Assembly (NCBI GenBank): GCA_964515685.1
Contig: CAZEWA010000002.1
Coordinates: forward strand, 7,932 to 71,931
Direction of reading: 5' to 3'
Source of the DNA: an uncultured Polyangiales bacterium
Lineage (GTDB): Bacteria > Myxococcota_A > Polyangia > Polyangiales > DASUME01
Length of the DNA: 64,000 nucleotides
Below, in pieces: positions 34,766-43,147 of this stretch. The notes beneath the pieces were generated by a model. That model was given only the letters and a program-made list of their open reading frames with translations. It was not told the origin of the DNA and searched no databases. The translations under genes were made by a program, and so were the position numbers. Numbering within the stretch: the stretch's first letter is position 1; every line of letters starts with the position of its first letter.

Positions 34766-35533
34766 TCACAAGGTGAGCCAAACGTATCCGTCGTCCAGCT
34801 TGACTTGGCGATACTGGCCGTTGCGTTCTACGGTCAATTCACTGCCGTTCTGTCCAGCCAAGGCCATGGCGCTCTCGGCTTGCCCTTCGTCCAACTCGTC
34901 TACTCTTTTGCCGCCGATCGACGTGATGTGATCGTCGGCTTTGAGTCCGGCGCGTGCGGCGGGCGAGTTGGGGACGACTTTCAGCACCACGAGGGATCGT
35001 CTTCGCACTTCGTACATGGCGATGCCGCTGCCGAAATGGGGCTCGGGCTTTGCGACTTTCACCGTGATGGTTGCCCCACCTTCAAGCTTGATGGTGGTGT
35101 TTGAGCCGATGATGGCGTCGCCTAGCGCGCGCCCCTCGTACATGCCGATAGGATCTGCGCTGACGCCGTCCTTGTCCCAGAGCTCGAGGCGCATGCGTGT
35201 GCTCGCAGGGAAGGCGAAGTTCTTGGGGGGGCTAGCCTCGAACTGCGGGCGAATGTTGTCAGGAACCACTGGACTTTCCCACAACACCTTCCCATCGACG
35301 ATGAGCTTCAGGTAAGCGTCGGGCCCTGAATCATCGTCCCAGTTGAGGCCACTGCGCTTTTGTGGCGGGATATCCGCGCGCACTAAAACGAAGCGCCACA
35401 GGTTGGGTGGCGGTGTGATGCCGCGTGCCTGTTCGGCCGCCACGGGCGTGAGTGGCGTGGTGCGCCGCGGATAGGCGCAGCCGACTGAAAAGCACGTTGC
35501 GAGGAGAAGAACCCACAGTCCTTGCCGAAGCAT
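34766..35533 (-). CDS. Lipoprotein with a C2-like domain followed by a PDZ domain
   Basis: ORF 34766..35626; start chosen at MLRQGLWVLLLATCFSVGC (35533). aa 44-160 ...VLVRADIPP...DSGPDAYLKLIVDGKVLWESPVVPDNIRPQFE...MRLELWDKDGVSADPIGMYE fits the C2 pattern. The PDZ region reads VVLKVVPNSPAARAGLKADDHITSIGGKRV. Confidence 0.7.
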   Translation of the reverse strand: MLRQGLWVLLLATCFSVGCAYPRRTTPLTPVAAEQARGITPPPNLWRFVLVRADIPPQKRSGLNWDDDSGPDAYLKLIVDGKVLWESPVVPDNIRPQFEASPPKNFAFPASTRMRLELWDKDGVSADPIGMYEGRALGDAIIGSNTTIKLEGGATITVKVAKPEPHFGSGIAMYEVRRRSLVVLKVVPNSPAARAGLKADDHITSIGGKRVDELDEGQAESAMALAGQNGSELTVERNGQYRQVKLDDGYVWLTL

Positions 35534-35628
35534 GGGCCCGAGCCTGCCACAGCCGCCTGCGCACCACAAATCCTTGGAAGCGTTGCGCTCTCTCGACGTG
35601 GCCCCGGCGCTGGGTGCACACTGCAAGG

Positions 35629-37032
35629 ATGCGAAGGGTCAAGATCGTATGCACGCTCGGACCAGCCACGAGTTCGAAGGAAATGATTCAAGCGCTGGTT
35701 GCGGCCGGAATGGACTGCGCGCGCCTGAACTTCAGCCATGGCAGTCACGAAGACCACCAGAAGGTCGCTACGCTGCTGCGGGAAGTGGCGGCACGCGCGG
35801 GCAGACCCGTGGCCATTTTAGCGGACCTTTCCGGCCCAAAGATGCGCGTGGGGCGCTTTTTGGGAGGGCCTATCGAGCTCGTGCCAGGTCGCCCTTTCGT
35901 GCTGACTGCGCGGGAAGTGCCCGGAGACGAGAACATCGTTTCAGTGACCTATAAGCCTCTGCCGCGCGATGTGCGCCCAGGTGACGCCATTTTGCTCGAT
36001 GACGGCTTGCTCAAGCTGAGGGTCGAGCGCGTGGACGGCGAGGATGTGCATACCGTGGTGGTGGAGGGGGGCCCGCTTTCCAACAATAAGGGGCTGAACA
36101 TGCCCGGTTCCGCACTGAGTGCCCCGGCGCTCACGGCCAAAGACCGGATCGATGCGGACTTTGCTGTAAACACGCTGCAGGTGGACTACCTGGCGTTGTC
36201 GTTCGTGCGCACTGCAGACGATGTACGTGAGGTCCAGGCCATCGCCAAGGGCACGCCTGTGATTGCGAAGATCGAAAAGCCCGAGGCCATCGATAACCTG
36301 GAAGCCATCTTGGATGCAGCGGATGGAGCGATGGTGGCACGCGGCGATCTCGGCGTAGAGCTCGGCGCCGAGAAGGTGCCTTTGGTGCAAAAGCGCATCA
36401 TTCGTGAGCTCAACTGGCGCGGGAAGATCGTCATCACGGCGACGCAGATGCTGGATTCCATGATACGCAACTCGAGGCCCACGCGTGCGGAAGCAGCCGA
36501 CGTGGCCAACGCGGTACTCGATGGCACCGACGCGGTGATGTTGAGCGGTGAAACGGCATCGGGCGCCTATCCCATCGAATCGGTCAAAATGATGGACGCC
36601 ATCGTCCGTAACGTCGAAGAAGCCCACTTGGGCGATGAGAATCGCAGCATTGCCGTGCCCAAGTTGACCGACCAATGGGACTTCGCGAGCGCGGGGGCAC
36701 GCGCAGCGGCGCTGCTAAGCTTTACACTGCCTCTCAAGGCGATCGTCACGCTCACGCGAGACGGCAGGACGGGTGCGCTGCTCTCCGAGTACCGACCGCG
36801 CGCCCCAATCGTCGCCATCACGCCTCAGGTCGCGGCTGCCAACCGGCTGGCGCTGTGCTGGGGGGTTGTGCCCCGTTTAGGCCTGCCCGCCGAGGATTTG
36901 GAAGAAACCTTGCGAATTGCGACCAGCGTTCTCGTACGGGAGAAGGTATGTGAGAAGGGCGATGCTTTCGCGCTCGTGGTCGGTTGGCCGTCCTCTGCCG
37001 GAACCAATACAGTCAAGCTCCACAGGCTCTAG
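35629..37032 (+). CDS. pyk: Pyruvate kinase
   Basis: MRRVKIVCTLGPATSS...CARLNFSHGSHEDH..., ILADLSGPKMRVG, MVARGDLGVE and VITATQMLDSM motifs. The ORF-track start at 35452 is an upstream extension. Confidence 0.95.
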   Translation: MRRVKIVCTLGPATSSKEMIQALVAAGMDCARLNFSHGSHEDHQKVATLLREVAARAGRPVAILADLSGPKMRVGRFLGGPIELVPGRPFVLTAREVPGDENIVSVTYKPLPRDVRPGDAILLDDGLLKLRVERVDGEDVHTVVVEGGPLSNNKGLNMPGSALSAPALTAKDRIDADFAVNTLQVDYLALSFVRTADDVREVQAIAKGTPVIAKIEKPEAIDNLEAILDAADGAMVARGDLGVELGAEKVPLVQKRIIRELNWRGKIVITATQMLDSMIRNSRPTRAEAADVANAVLDGTDAVMLSGETASGAYPIESVKMMDAIVRNVEEAHLGDENRSIAVPKLTDQWDFASAGARAAALLSFTLPLKAIVTLTRDGRTGALLSEYRPRAPIVAITPQVAAANRLALCWGVVPRLGLPAEDLEETLRIATSVLVREKVCEKGDAFALVVGWPSSAGTNTVKLHRL

Positions 37033-37083
37033 CCCCAGGCTGAATCCAAACGTGTCTCTGCCCTCGCTGTTAGCCAACACTCC

Positions 37084-38481
37084 ATGACCTCATCGTACCC
37101 GCTCCCAGAGAAAATCGGACGCTACCCCGTGGAACGCCTGCTTGGTCGAGGCGCCATGGGGTCCGTGGTCTTGGCGCGAGATACAGAACTCGATCGCGAC
37201 GTAGCCATCAAGGTCGTTCGCAATGCTGGCTCGCCCGAGGAGCAGGCGGCGTTTTTGGTGCGCTTTCGCAACGAAGCCAAGGCGGTCGGCCGACTGCGGC
37301 ATCGGTCCGTGGTTGCGGTCCACGACGTTGGGGTCGATCCAGACGTGGGGCCATTTTTGGTTTTCGAGTACGTCGACGGCGCGAATCTCAAGGATCTGTT
37401 GCGCAGCCGCGGCGCGTTGTCACCCGAGCAGGTGCTCATGCTGGCCGATCAGGTGGGGGCAGCGCTCGAGGTGGCCCATCGCGAGGGCATCATCCACCGC
37501 GACATCAAGCCCGAGAACCTCCTCGTGGGCAGCGACGGCGTGATACGTCTCGCTGACTTCGGTGTGGCGCGTGTGCCGGATGCAGCGCTTACGGGGCAGG
37601 GGCAGTTTCTGGGTACACCTTGTTACGGAGCTCCCGAGACTTTGCGGGGCGGTGAAGCGTCTCCGCTGAGCGATCAGTTTTCCTTCGCGGCGGTGCTCTA
37701 CGAAGCTGCGACAGGTGCGCGCGCGTTTCCAGGCAACGACGCGGTGTCGGTTGCGCACGCTGTGATCCACGACGATCCCGTCCCTCCGAGCCGAGCTGCT
37801 CAGCCGGGGGCGCGTGTTCCCGAGGCGCTCGATGCAGTGCTGCTGCGCGGGCTGCACAAGGCTCCGGCGTCGCGTTACGAGCACCTATCCTCGCTCGTCG
37901 CCGCGTTGCGTGCGGCGTACTTCGACAGCGGACTCGTGTCGCGAACAGGCTTGCTCGATACGCTACCGGCGGTTGCAATTGGAGATACGCCAGCCGGTGT
38001 CAGTCCGCCCCACCAGGCGGAGAAGCGCTCGCTTTCGCTGTGGCCGTTTGCAGCGGCGCTCGGCATAGGACTCTTGGTGGTCTACCAGTTCGCGCCCGAG
38101 GCTTCTCCGGCGGCATCCGATGCAGCGCCGGCCATGGGAGCCCTCGCTGCACGACACGAGCTAGGGGCGAAGCCTCAAGCGGAGGAGCCGCGCGTCGAGC
38201 CGCCCTCTGTGGACCAGGCAGCAGCGACCGCCAATGCGGGAGACGGAAGTGCGGAGGCGGGGCCGGAGCGTGCGGCTGCGCCTGTGGAGGAGGCTGGGGA
38301 AGCGCAGGATTTGCTGGGGCTGAGCGCATTCGAGCGTGAGGAGCGCGCAAAGGACGCACTCGACCGCGCAGAGCGTGCGCTGCTGGCGGGGGAGCGCGAG
38401 CAGGCCAAAATCGCGCTCGACGAAGCCTTCCGTTACGACCCCGAGCATCCTGATATCGCGACGCTGCGCAAGAAGCTCTAA
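37084..38481 (+). CDS. Ser/Thr protein kinase with a TM helix and a C-terminal Ala/Glu-rich extracytoplasmic region
   Basis: GRGAMGSVV, VAIKVV, IIHRDIKPENLL, LADFGVARV and GTPCYGAPE are all intact. TM helix LWPFAAALGIGLLVVYQF. Confidence 0.9.
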   Translation: MTSSYPLPEKIGRYPVERLLGRGAMGSVVLARDTELDRDVAIKVVRNAGSPEEQAAFLVRFRNEAKAVGRLRHRSVVAVHDVGVDPDVGPFLVFEYVDGANLKDLLRSRGALSPEQVLMLADQVGAALEVAHREGIIHRDIKPENLLVGSDGVIRLADFGVARVPDAALTGQGQFLGTPCYGAPETLRGGEASPLSDQFSFAAVLYEAATGARAFPGNDAVSVAHAVIHDDPVPPSRAAQPGARVPEALDAVLLRGLHKAPASRYEHLSSLVAALRAAYFDSGLVSRTGLLDTLPAVAIGDTPAGVSPPHQAEKRSLSLWPFAAALGIGLLVVYQFAPEASPAASDAAPAMGALAARHELGAKPQAEEPRVEPPSVDQAAATANAGDGSAEAGPERAAAPVEEAGEAQDLLGLSAFEREERAKDALDRAERALLAGEREQAKIALDEAFRYDPEHPDIATLRKKL

Positions 38482-38514
38482 GCTGGCGATGCGGGCGGGG
38501 CTTTCTTGGCGTAG

Positions 38515-38534
38515 AGCGCTGTGAGCGCTTTTTT
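38515..38534 (+). terminator. Candidate intrinsic terminator after the kinase gene
   Basis: AGCGCT-GTG-AGCGCT stem-loop (extendable by wobble pairs) followed by T5-6 (38529-38534). It sits between convergent stops at 38481 and 38537. Confidence 0.4.
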
Positions 38535-38536
38535 GG

Positions 38537-39631
38537 TCACGCGAGGTCTTGCGGCAGATAGACGACGAAGAGCGGTGGGCCTTTGTCGCGGAAGAGCAGG
38601 CCGACATGGCCACCCACGTGTGCCACGATATCTTGAGCGCTGGTGAGGCCCAGGCCGGACGCATGCCGGGGAGACGCGCCTGCGTTGGTGAGAAGCTCCA
38701 TGGCGAGCCCAGGTCGGCTGCATTCTGGATGATCGTCCGAGGCCAACGTGAACTCCACGTACGCGCCTGCGGACAGAGTCGGCGGAAGCCCTTCCAGTAG
38801 CTGAACTCGGCGCATGGAAACCAGGATCGGACACTCAGGTGGGAGGGAATCTCGCAAGTGCAGCACGAGCTGCACCAGGATTTGTGCGAGCGGCTCTAGG
38901 TCGAGTCGCAGGTAGCAAGGCTCAGGGGCGAACCACGTGCGAAAGGCAAGCTCCGGAACGAGCTGCCGAATGCACTGCGTGACGGACTGAAGTAGTTTTT
39001 CAGCCGGCAGACGCGAGGGCGTTACTTTGGGCTGGTGCGTAAGGTGCGTGAGCTGAGTCGAGAGACATGCCGCACGCTGCGTCGCCGCGATGAGGGTCTG
39101 CGTACGCTGCACGAGATTTGCGCCAAGCTCGCCGCTCAGCAGCATGAGCTCGCCGACGGACATGATCACAGTCAGCAGGTTGTTGAAGTCGTGGGCGAGT
39201 GTGCCTGCGACCCTCGTCATGAATGCGAGCTCCGAACGCAGTGCCTGCACGTCGTCGGTTTCTGCTCCCGAATTCGGTCGAAGCAACATGCCGTGCAAGC
39301 GCGTGGAATCGGTGGTCCGTTGAGCCCACAAAAGAGCCGTACACCGCTGTGAGGTGTCCGCGCCGCGCAGCTCGATCGTGACTACGGTCGGGCCCTGATT
39401 CGCCGCCTCAAGCAACTGGTGAAACGAAGGGGTCGCGGTGAGCTTGTGCTCTACCACGTGCGCCGCATCCGTAATATCGGGCCGGCACATGCGCGCAAAG
39501 GCAAGGTTGCTTGCCGTCACCACGCTGTTCTCATCGACCGCGAAAAGACCGAGTGAGGCGTCTGCGAGCGCTGTTGCCAGGGAAAGAGTTGGCGAGGAGG
39601 ATTCTGGGGGCACGCGGCACTCCGACATCAA
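38537..39631 (-). CDS. Cytoplasmic PAS-type sensor histidine kinase with a degenerate ATP-binding domain
   Basis: H-box GTLAHDFNNLLTVI. The expected N-box reads QLVLHLRDS (Asn positions are Gln/His). The G1 region reads ASDDHPEC. G2 ASGLGLT is retained. Confidence 0.8.
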   Translation of the reverse strand: MMSECRVPPESSSPTLSLATALADASLGLFAVDENSVVTASNLAFARMCRPDITDAAHVVEHKLTATPSFHQLLEAANQGPTVVTIELRGADTSQRCTALLWAQRTTDSTRLHGMLLRPNSGAETDDVQALRSELAFMTRVAGTLAHDFNNLLTVIMSVGELMLLSGELGANLVQRTQTLIAATQRAACLSTQLTHLTHQPKVTPSRLPAEKLLQSVTQCIRQLVPELAFRTWFAPEPCYLRLDLEPLAQILVQLVLHLRDSLPPECPILVSMRRVQLLEGLPPTLSAGAYVEFTLASDDHPECSRPGLAMELLTNAGASPRHASGLGLTSAQDIVAHVGGHVGLLFRDKGPPLFVVYLPQDLA

Positions 39632-39687
39632 AGCGTCTCCGCGTGCCTCATAGGGCAGACACCGTCATGTTGCGTCATAACGACACA

Positions 39688-39708
39688 GTCAACGTAGACT
39701 GTCAACGT
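39688..39708. promoter_or_regulatory. Tandem GTCAACGT direct repeat upstream of the PAS kinase gene
   Basis: GTCAACGT at 39688-39695 and 39701-39708 (13-nt period). On the minus strand each copy contains TTGAC, a -35-like core, 55-75 nt upstream of the ATG at 39631. Confidence 0.25.
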
Positions 39709-39788
39709 GGACGTGTAGGTTGTTCCCGTTCAGGAACGGCCGGGTTCGCAGATTTTTGCAGCGTAAAAGGCTTTTGTTGAAGGGTCGA

Positions 39789-39821
39789 GCGTCGGGATGG
39801 CGGCACCCGCCGACGCTTTTT
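39789..39821. terminator. GC-rich hairpin with a flanking A5/T5 tract (candidate bidirectional terminator at the end of the Glt-like operon)
   Basis: GCGTCGG (39789-39795) pairs with CCGACGC (39810-39816), followed by TTTTT (39817-21) on the plus strand. It begins 10 nt from the stop at 39831. Confidence 0.45.
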
Positions 39822-39830
39822 CTGCAGACC

Positions 39831-40520
39831 TTAGAACACGTAGCGCAGATAAACCGAACCGTACCCCCCAAGTGTAAACTTGGTTCTGGCAAGGGAAGGG
39901 TAGGATCGTGCACCGCCCAAAACTCCGAGCGAGTGATGCCGTGCACGAAAGTGCCAGTCGAAGCCCAGTTCTCCGCCGTAGTTTATGCCCGCCTTGATCG
40001 AGTCCCGGAAGTCGAGCGCGCGTAAAACGTCTTTGGTGGCCCACTGGACGCCCAGTAGACCGCCTACGAAAATGGAGGCTCGTGGGCCAAAGGGAAGAGC
40101 GAATCGTGGGCCCGAGGCAACACCGAGCAGCTCGTACGCGCTCGGATGGGGCGGCGCTCGGTTGTCCGTTCGATGCAGCGACCCTTCGAGTAGAAGCACG
40201 TAGCTGAACCAGGAAGCTACTTCGTAGCCTACGGCTGCGGCGAATCTCGGACCAGGCGTGCTTACGATGTTCGCGTCGCCCGCGAACGCGAGGGTTCCAA
40301 ATTGGGCCTCTAGAAAAAGGCCCCTTGCATAGAGCTCGCGCGACGCAGTGACGGCTTCGACAGGCAGGCGTGCCACGTCGAGTCGGGTGGAATCGATGGC
40401 TTCTGCGGCCTGCGAGCTCGGGTCTAAGTCCGCGTCTACCGCAGGTTCAGCGCGCGCCGAGCTGCCGTATAGCAGGGCGCACAGCACCAACCGATAGAGC
40501 GAGCCCACGCGCTTGGTCAT
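39831..40520 (-). CDS. Outer-membrane beta-barrel protein, last gene of the Glt/Nfs-like cluster (GltH/NfsH position)
   Basis: Signal peptide LVLCALLYGSSARA; Gly/aromatic alternating strands; C-terminal ...GSVYLRYVF. ATGA overlap with the upstream gene. Confidence 0.65.
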   Translation of the reverse strand: MTKRVGSLYRLVLCALLYGSSARAEPAVDADLDPSSQAAEAIDSTRLDVARLPVEAVTASRELYARGLFLEAQFGTLAFAGDANIVSTPGPRFAAAVGYEVASWFSYVLLLEGSLHRTDNRAPPHPSAYELLGVASGPRFALPFGPRASIFVGGLLGVQWATKDVLRALDFRDSIKAGINYGGELGFDWHFRARHHSLGVLGGARSYPSLARTKFTLGGYGSVYLRYVF

Positions 40521-41308
40521 GGCTCCTCCTCGGGGGTAACGGGTACAAAGTTCTGCGGCGTAGGTAAGTCCCAGCTTGAATCGCCGCGCTCTGCGAGTCG
40601 ATTTCCATGGTCCTGGGCGCGCGCGCTTAGGCGCAGGACGAGCTCGGGCGCGGGGGCCTCGTCTCCGTCCGCTTCGGTTTGAATCCCCATCCGAAATGCG
40701 ATGAGTCCGGGAATCACTTCAGGAATGAATCCTTGGACTCGAGGATCACGTGTGGACTGACTCTCTGAGTGAACGACCAGCGCGGTATTCGGCGCACCGT
40801 TGACGGCTGTCGCAAGGTCGATGGCCACCTCTTCCATTTGCAGCTCACGGATGGTCCCGCTCACGCGCTCACCGGGTTCGACACGGAATCTGCGTTCGTA
40901 TTGATGGAAGTCTGCGGGTCCCGGTGTGTAGGCGTGGAACTCGTTGATGCCGTCCAGAAATACCAACGCGGAAACGGCCTGCTCGCTGCGATTTTCGAGC
41001 ACGTAGTCGACCTTGATTTCGAGGTCTTGATGCCCGATCCAGGGCAAGCGCGGAAAGGGCAACATGCGCCCCTGGGCACCTTCGCGTAGCTGCTGCAGGA
41101 CAAGCTCGGGGGGAGGGCGCAGTGGGAGAGAGAAGCGCCGTGACACGATAAACACGGCGTTGTCGTTCTCATCGACGAAGGCTGCTTCAGCGGTGGCGGG
41201 CATACGCACGCGTTCCCGTTCCACCACATAGCGCTGCTCTTCGATGCAGCCCACAGCGCTGAGCGAGCCGCAGACGATGATGAGAGCTATGGGGAAACCC
41301 GCGCGCAT
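40517..41308 (-). CDS. Lipoprotein, hypothetical (extra member of the Glt/Nfs-like cluster)
   Basis: Signal + lipobox ALIIVCGSLSAVGC. 1-nt gap to the upstream gene and a 4-nt overlap with the downstream gene. Confidence 0.65.
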   Translation of the reverse strand: MRAGFPIALIIVCGSLSAVGCIEEQRYVVERERVRMPATAEAAFVDENDNAVFIVSRRFSLPLRPPPELVLQQLREGAQGRMLPFPRLPWIGHQDLEIKVDYVLENRSEQAVSALVFLDGINEFHAYTPGPADFHQYERRFRVEPGERVSGTIRELQMEEVAIDLATAVNGAPNTALVVHSESQSTRDPRVQGFIPEVIPGLIAFRMGIQTEADGDEAPAPELVLRLSARAQDHGNRLAERGDSSWDLPTPQNFVPVTPEEEP

Positions 41309-41309
41309 T

Positions 41310-42671
41310 TCAGGCCCCTACGCCGAACAGGAAGGGATAGATCACCGTGACCTCGCCTCCGTCGGGCTTCGGAAAGCGCCACTTTCGCACCTGACGCACG
41401 ATGCAGCCTTCGACGCTTGAGTTGTTGAGCGTGCTCGACGTCACGCGCGCGGTGGGTACAGCGCCACCTCGGTCCACGCGCCATTGGATCATGATCTTAC
41501 CCTTGAGGGCGCGTTGGCGCTGGACTTCCGTCTCGTAGCAATAGCGGAGGGCAGCTTGATTCGCGCGCACGACGCGCTCGATTTGCTCAGCCGATAGGTA
41601 GCCACTGACCTGCGGGGTGCCGGGTGTCAGCTGGACCTTTGCTTCGCTGCGTCCGCCGCCGTTTCCGGTGCCGCGCCCGCCTGCACCGGCTGAGCCGCGT
41701 CCGCCGCCTGCTCCCGCTCCTGCGCCGACGCCGGTCCCCAATGCACCGCCGCCAAAGAGCCCGCCTGCACTGTCTCCGCCGCCGCCTGCACCTGCGCCGC
41801 GCAGGCCACGACCGCCTGAGCCGCCTCCGAGGTCTGTGCGCGCCGAGGAAAGTCCGCTCAAAAGGTTGCTGACGCTTCCGACGTTCAGCGCGTCCCGCAG
41901 TGTGTCGCCTCCCGCAAGCGCACCCAAAAGGCCCATGCCACGAACCTTGCTAGCGATGGCTTTGTGGTTGTCGCCCGCGACCTCCGGGGCCGCCACCGGT
42001 GCGTCGGGCTTGCCCGCCTTGCCTTCGTCGCCTTTCGACTTTTTCCCGCCGCCCTCGTCTTTTTGACGTAGCCCGCCCTGATCCAGATTGTCGCTCGAAT
42101 CTGCTTTGTGTGGGCTCACTAGCTCGTCGGGTGGTGGATTGATGAGAAATCGCGCGACGAGATCTGGTGTCAGCTCGAGGCTTTTTTCGATAGGAAACTC
42201 GCGCTGCGCAAGGAGCATGAGCAGCAAGACACAGACGTGCACGAACAGCGAGAGTCCAAGGCTTGCAGCGAACTCGCCATCGAGTGCGAACCAGGGACGT
42301 TTGAACTTGGGCGCAGGGCTTACCTGCTGAAAGAAGTAGCTCGCCGCGCCAAAGCTGATGACCCCGTAGTCGTTGGGTCCGAGGGAAAGCGTTGGGCTTT
42401 TGGCCAAAAGCTCCGTGACCTCGACGCGTGTTCCGGCCAGGAAGACGGCTCCGCGCGCATCCTGAGGTAGACTAAGACTGTAGCCACCGTCGATGGGCGT
42501 AAGCAATGTGATGTCGCCGCGCGCGGCGCTGGCCTCGGGCAGCGGAAAGAGGGCGTCCTCCCCAAAGCCCAGAATGACAGCACGCGGTTCGTACAGCGTT
42601 TCTTCGTGTTGTAAGGTCTGATTCCAGACCATCGCCAGGCGCAGTGGTCTTGCAGACTTGATCTTACTCAT
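41310..42671 (-). CDS. Bitopic inner-membrane protein with a Gly-rich linker and a TonB-C-like (AgmX/PglI-type) C-terminal domain; GltG/GltJ/NfsG-like
   Basis: Cytoplasmic N-domain; TM helix LGLSLFVHVCVLLLMLLA; Gly-rich GGGSGGRGLRGAGAGGGG... linker; C-terminal ALRYCYE...GKIMIQWRVDRGG...VEGCIVRQVRKWRFPKP...IYPFLF. Confidence 0.75.
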   Translation of the reverse strand: MSKIKSARPLRLAMVWNQTLQHEETLYEPRAVILGFGEDALFPLPEASAARGDITLLTPIDGGYSLSLPQDARGAVFLAGTRVEVTELLAKSPTLSLGPNDYGVISFGAASYFFQQVSPAPKFKRPWFALDGEFAASLGLSLFVHVCVLLLMLLAQREFPIEKSLELTPDLVARFLINPPPDELVSPHKADSSDNLDQGGLRQKDEGGGKKSKGDEGKAGKPDAPVAAPEVAGDNHKAIASKVRGMGLLGALAGGDTLRDALNVGSVSNLLSGLSSARTDLGGGSGGRGLRGAGAGGGGDSAGGLFGGGALGTGVGAGAGAGGGRGSAGAGGRGTGNGGGRSEAKVQLTPGTPQVSGYLSAEQIERVVRANQAALRYCYETEVQRQRALKGKIMIQWRVDRGGAVPTARVTSSTLNNSSVEGCIVRQVRKWRFPKPDGGEVTVIYPFLFGVGA

Positions 42672-43147
42672 CTTAGGGGCTCACGCTGCGTGGTGCGGGA
42701 AAGTTCTGGCATGAAGCTGCGATGCGGAAGTCTAGGGCGTTCGAACTCGGCTTGGACGCGATTGACGAAGTAAAGAAGCTGCGGAGACTTGAGCCGTCCC
42801 TCGATGTCGAGTCCGGTGAACGTCATGACTTTCACGTTCGTCTCTCCTTCTTTGACGATGTGCGCGTCGAGTGTGGAGTCTTGCGCCGCTGCGCGTGCAG
42901 CCTCTTGGGCGCGCGTCTTTGTCGCATCGGGCTCCCGCTGTACGGGCACGGGCGGCTGTGCGGCACGCTCGTCACTCTTTTTCTGTGTCGGCTTCTTTGA
43001 CGCAGCTTGTTTGGGGCGCGAGCGCTCAGCACGCTTCTTTGAGCTCTTTTTCCCGGCCTGGGCAGGCGGATCTTCCGCCTGTACTAGGGTACAAGGCAGA
43101 AGACTGAATCCGAGCAGGCTCACGACGAGTAGGGCGCGTAGGTTCAT
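42668..43147 (-). CDS. Small secreted basic protein (GltF/NfsF position), hypothetical
   Basis: Signal peptide LLVVSLLGFSLLPCTLVQA; Lys/Arg-rich linker; conserved-looking C-terminal VMTFTGLDIEGRLKSPQLLYF. 4-nt overlaps on both sides. Confidence 0.6.
   Translation of the reverse strand: MNLRALLVVSLLGFSLLPCTLVQAEDPPAQAGKKSSKKRAERSRPKQAASKKPTQKKSDERAAQPPVPVQREPDATKTRAQEAARAAAQDSTLDAHIVKEGETNVKVMTFTGLDIEGRLKSPQLLYFVNRVQAEFERPRLPHRSFMPELSRTTQREPLR

Noticed and set aside
39720-40025. Plus-strand 101-aa ORF starting in the low-GC spacer and running antisense into the OM barrel gene.
   Set aside because: Its composition is Arg/Lys-rich nonsense and it reads straight through the hairpin/T5 terminator at 39789-39821. 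The opposite-strand barrel gene is much better supported.
41639-41864. Dense GCC/GGC/CCG repeats that superficially resemble a repeat array.
   Set aside because: They encode the Gly/Ala-rich periplasmic linker of the GltG-like protein. There is no repeat-spacer periodicity and no CRISPR-like structure.
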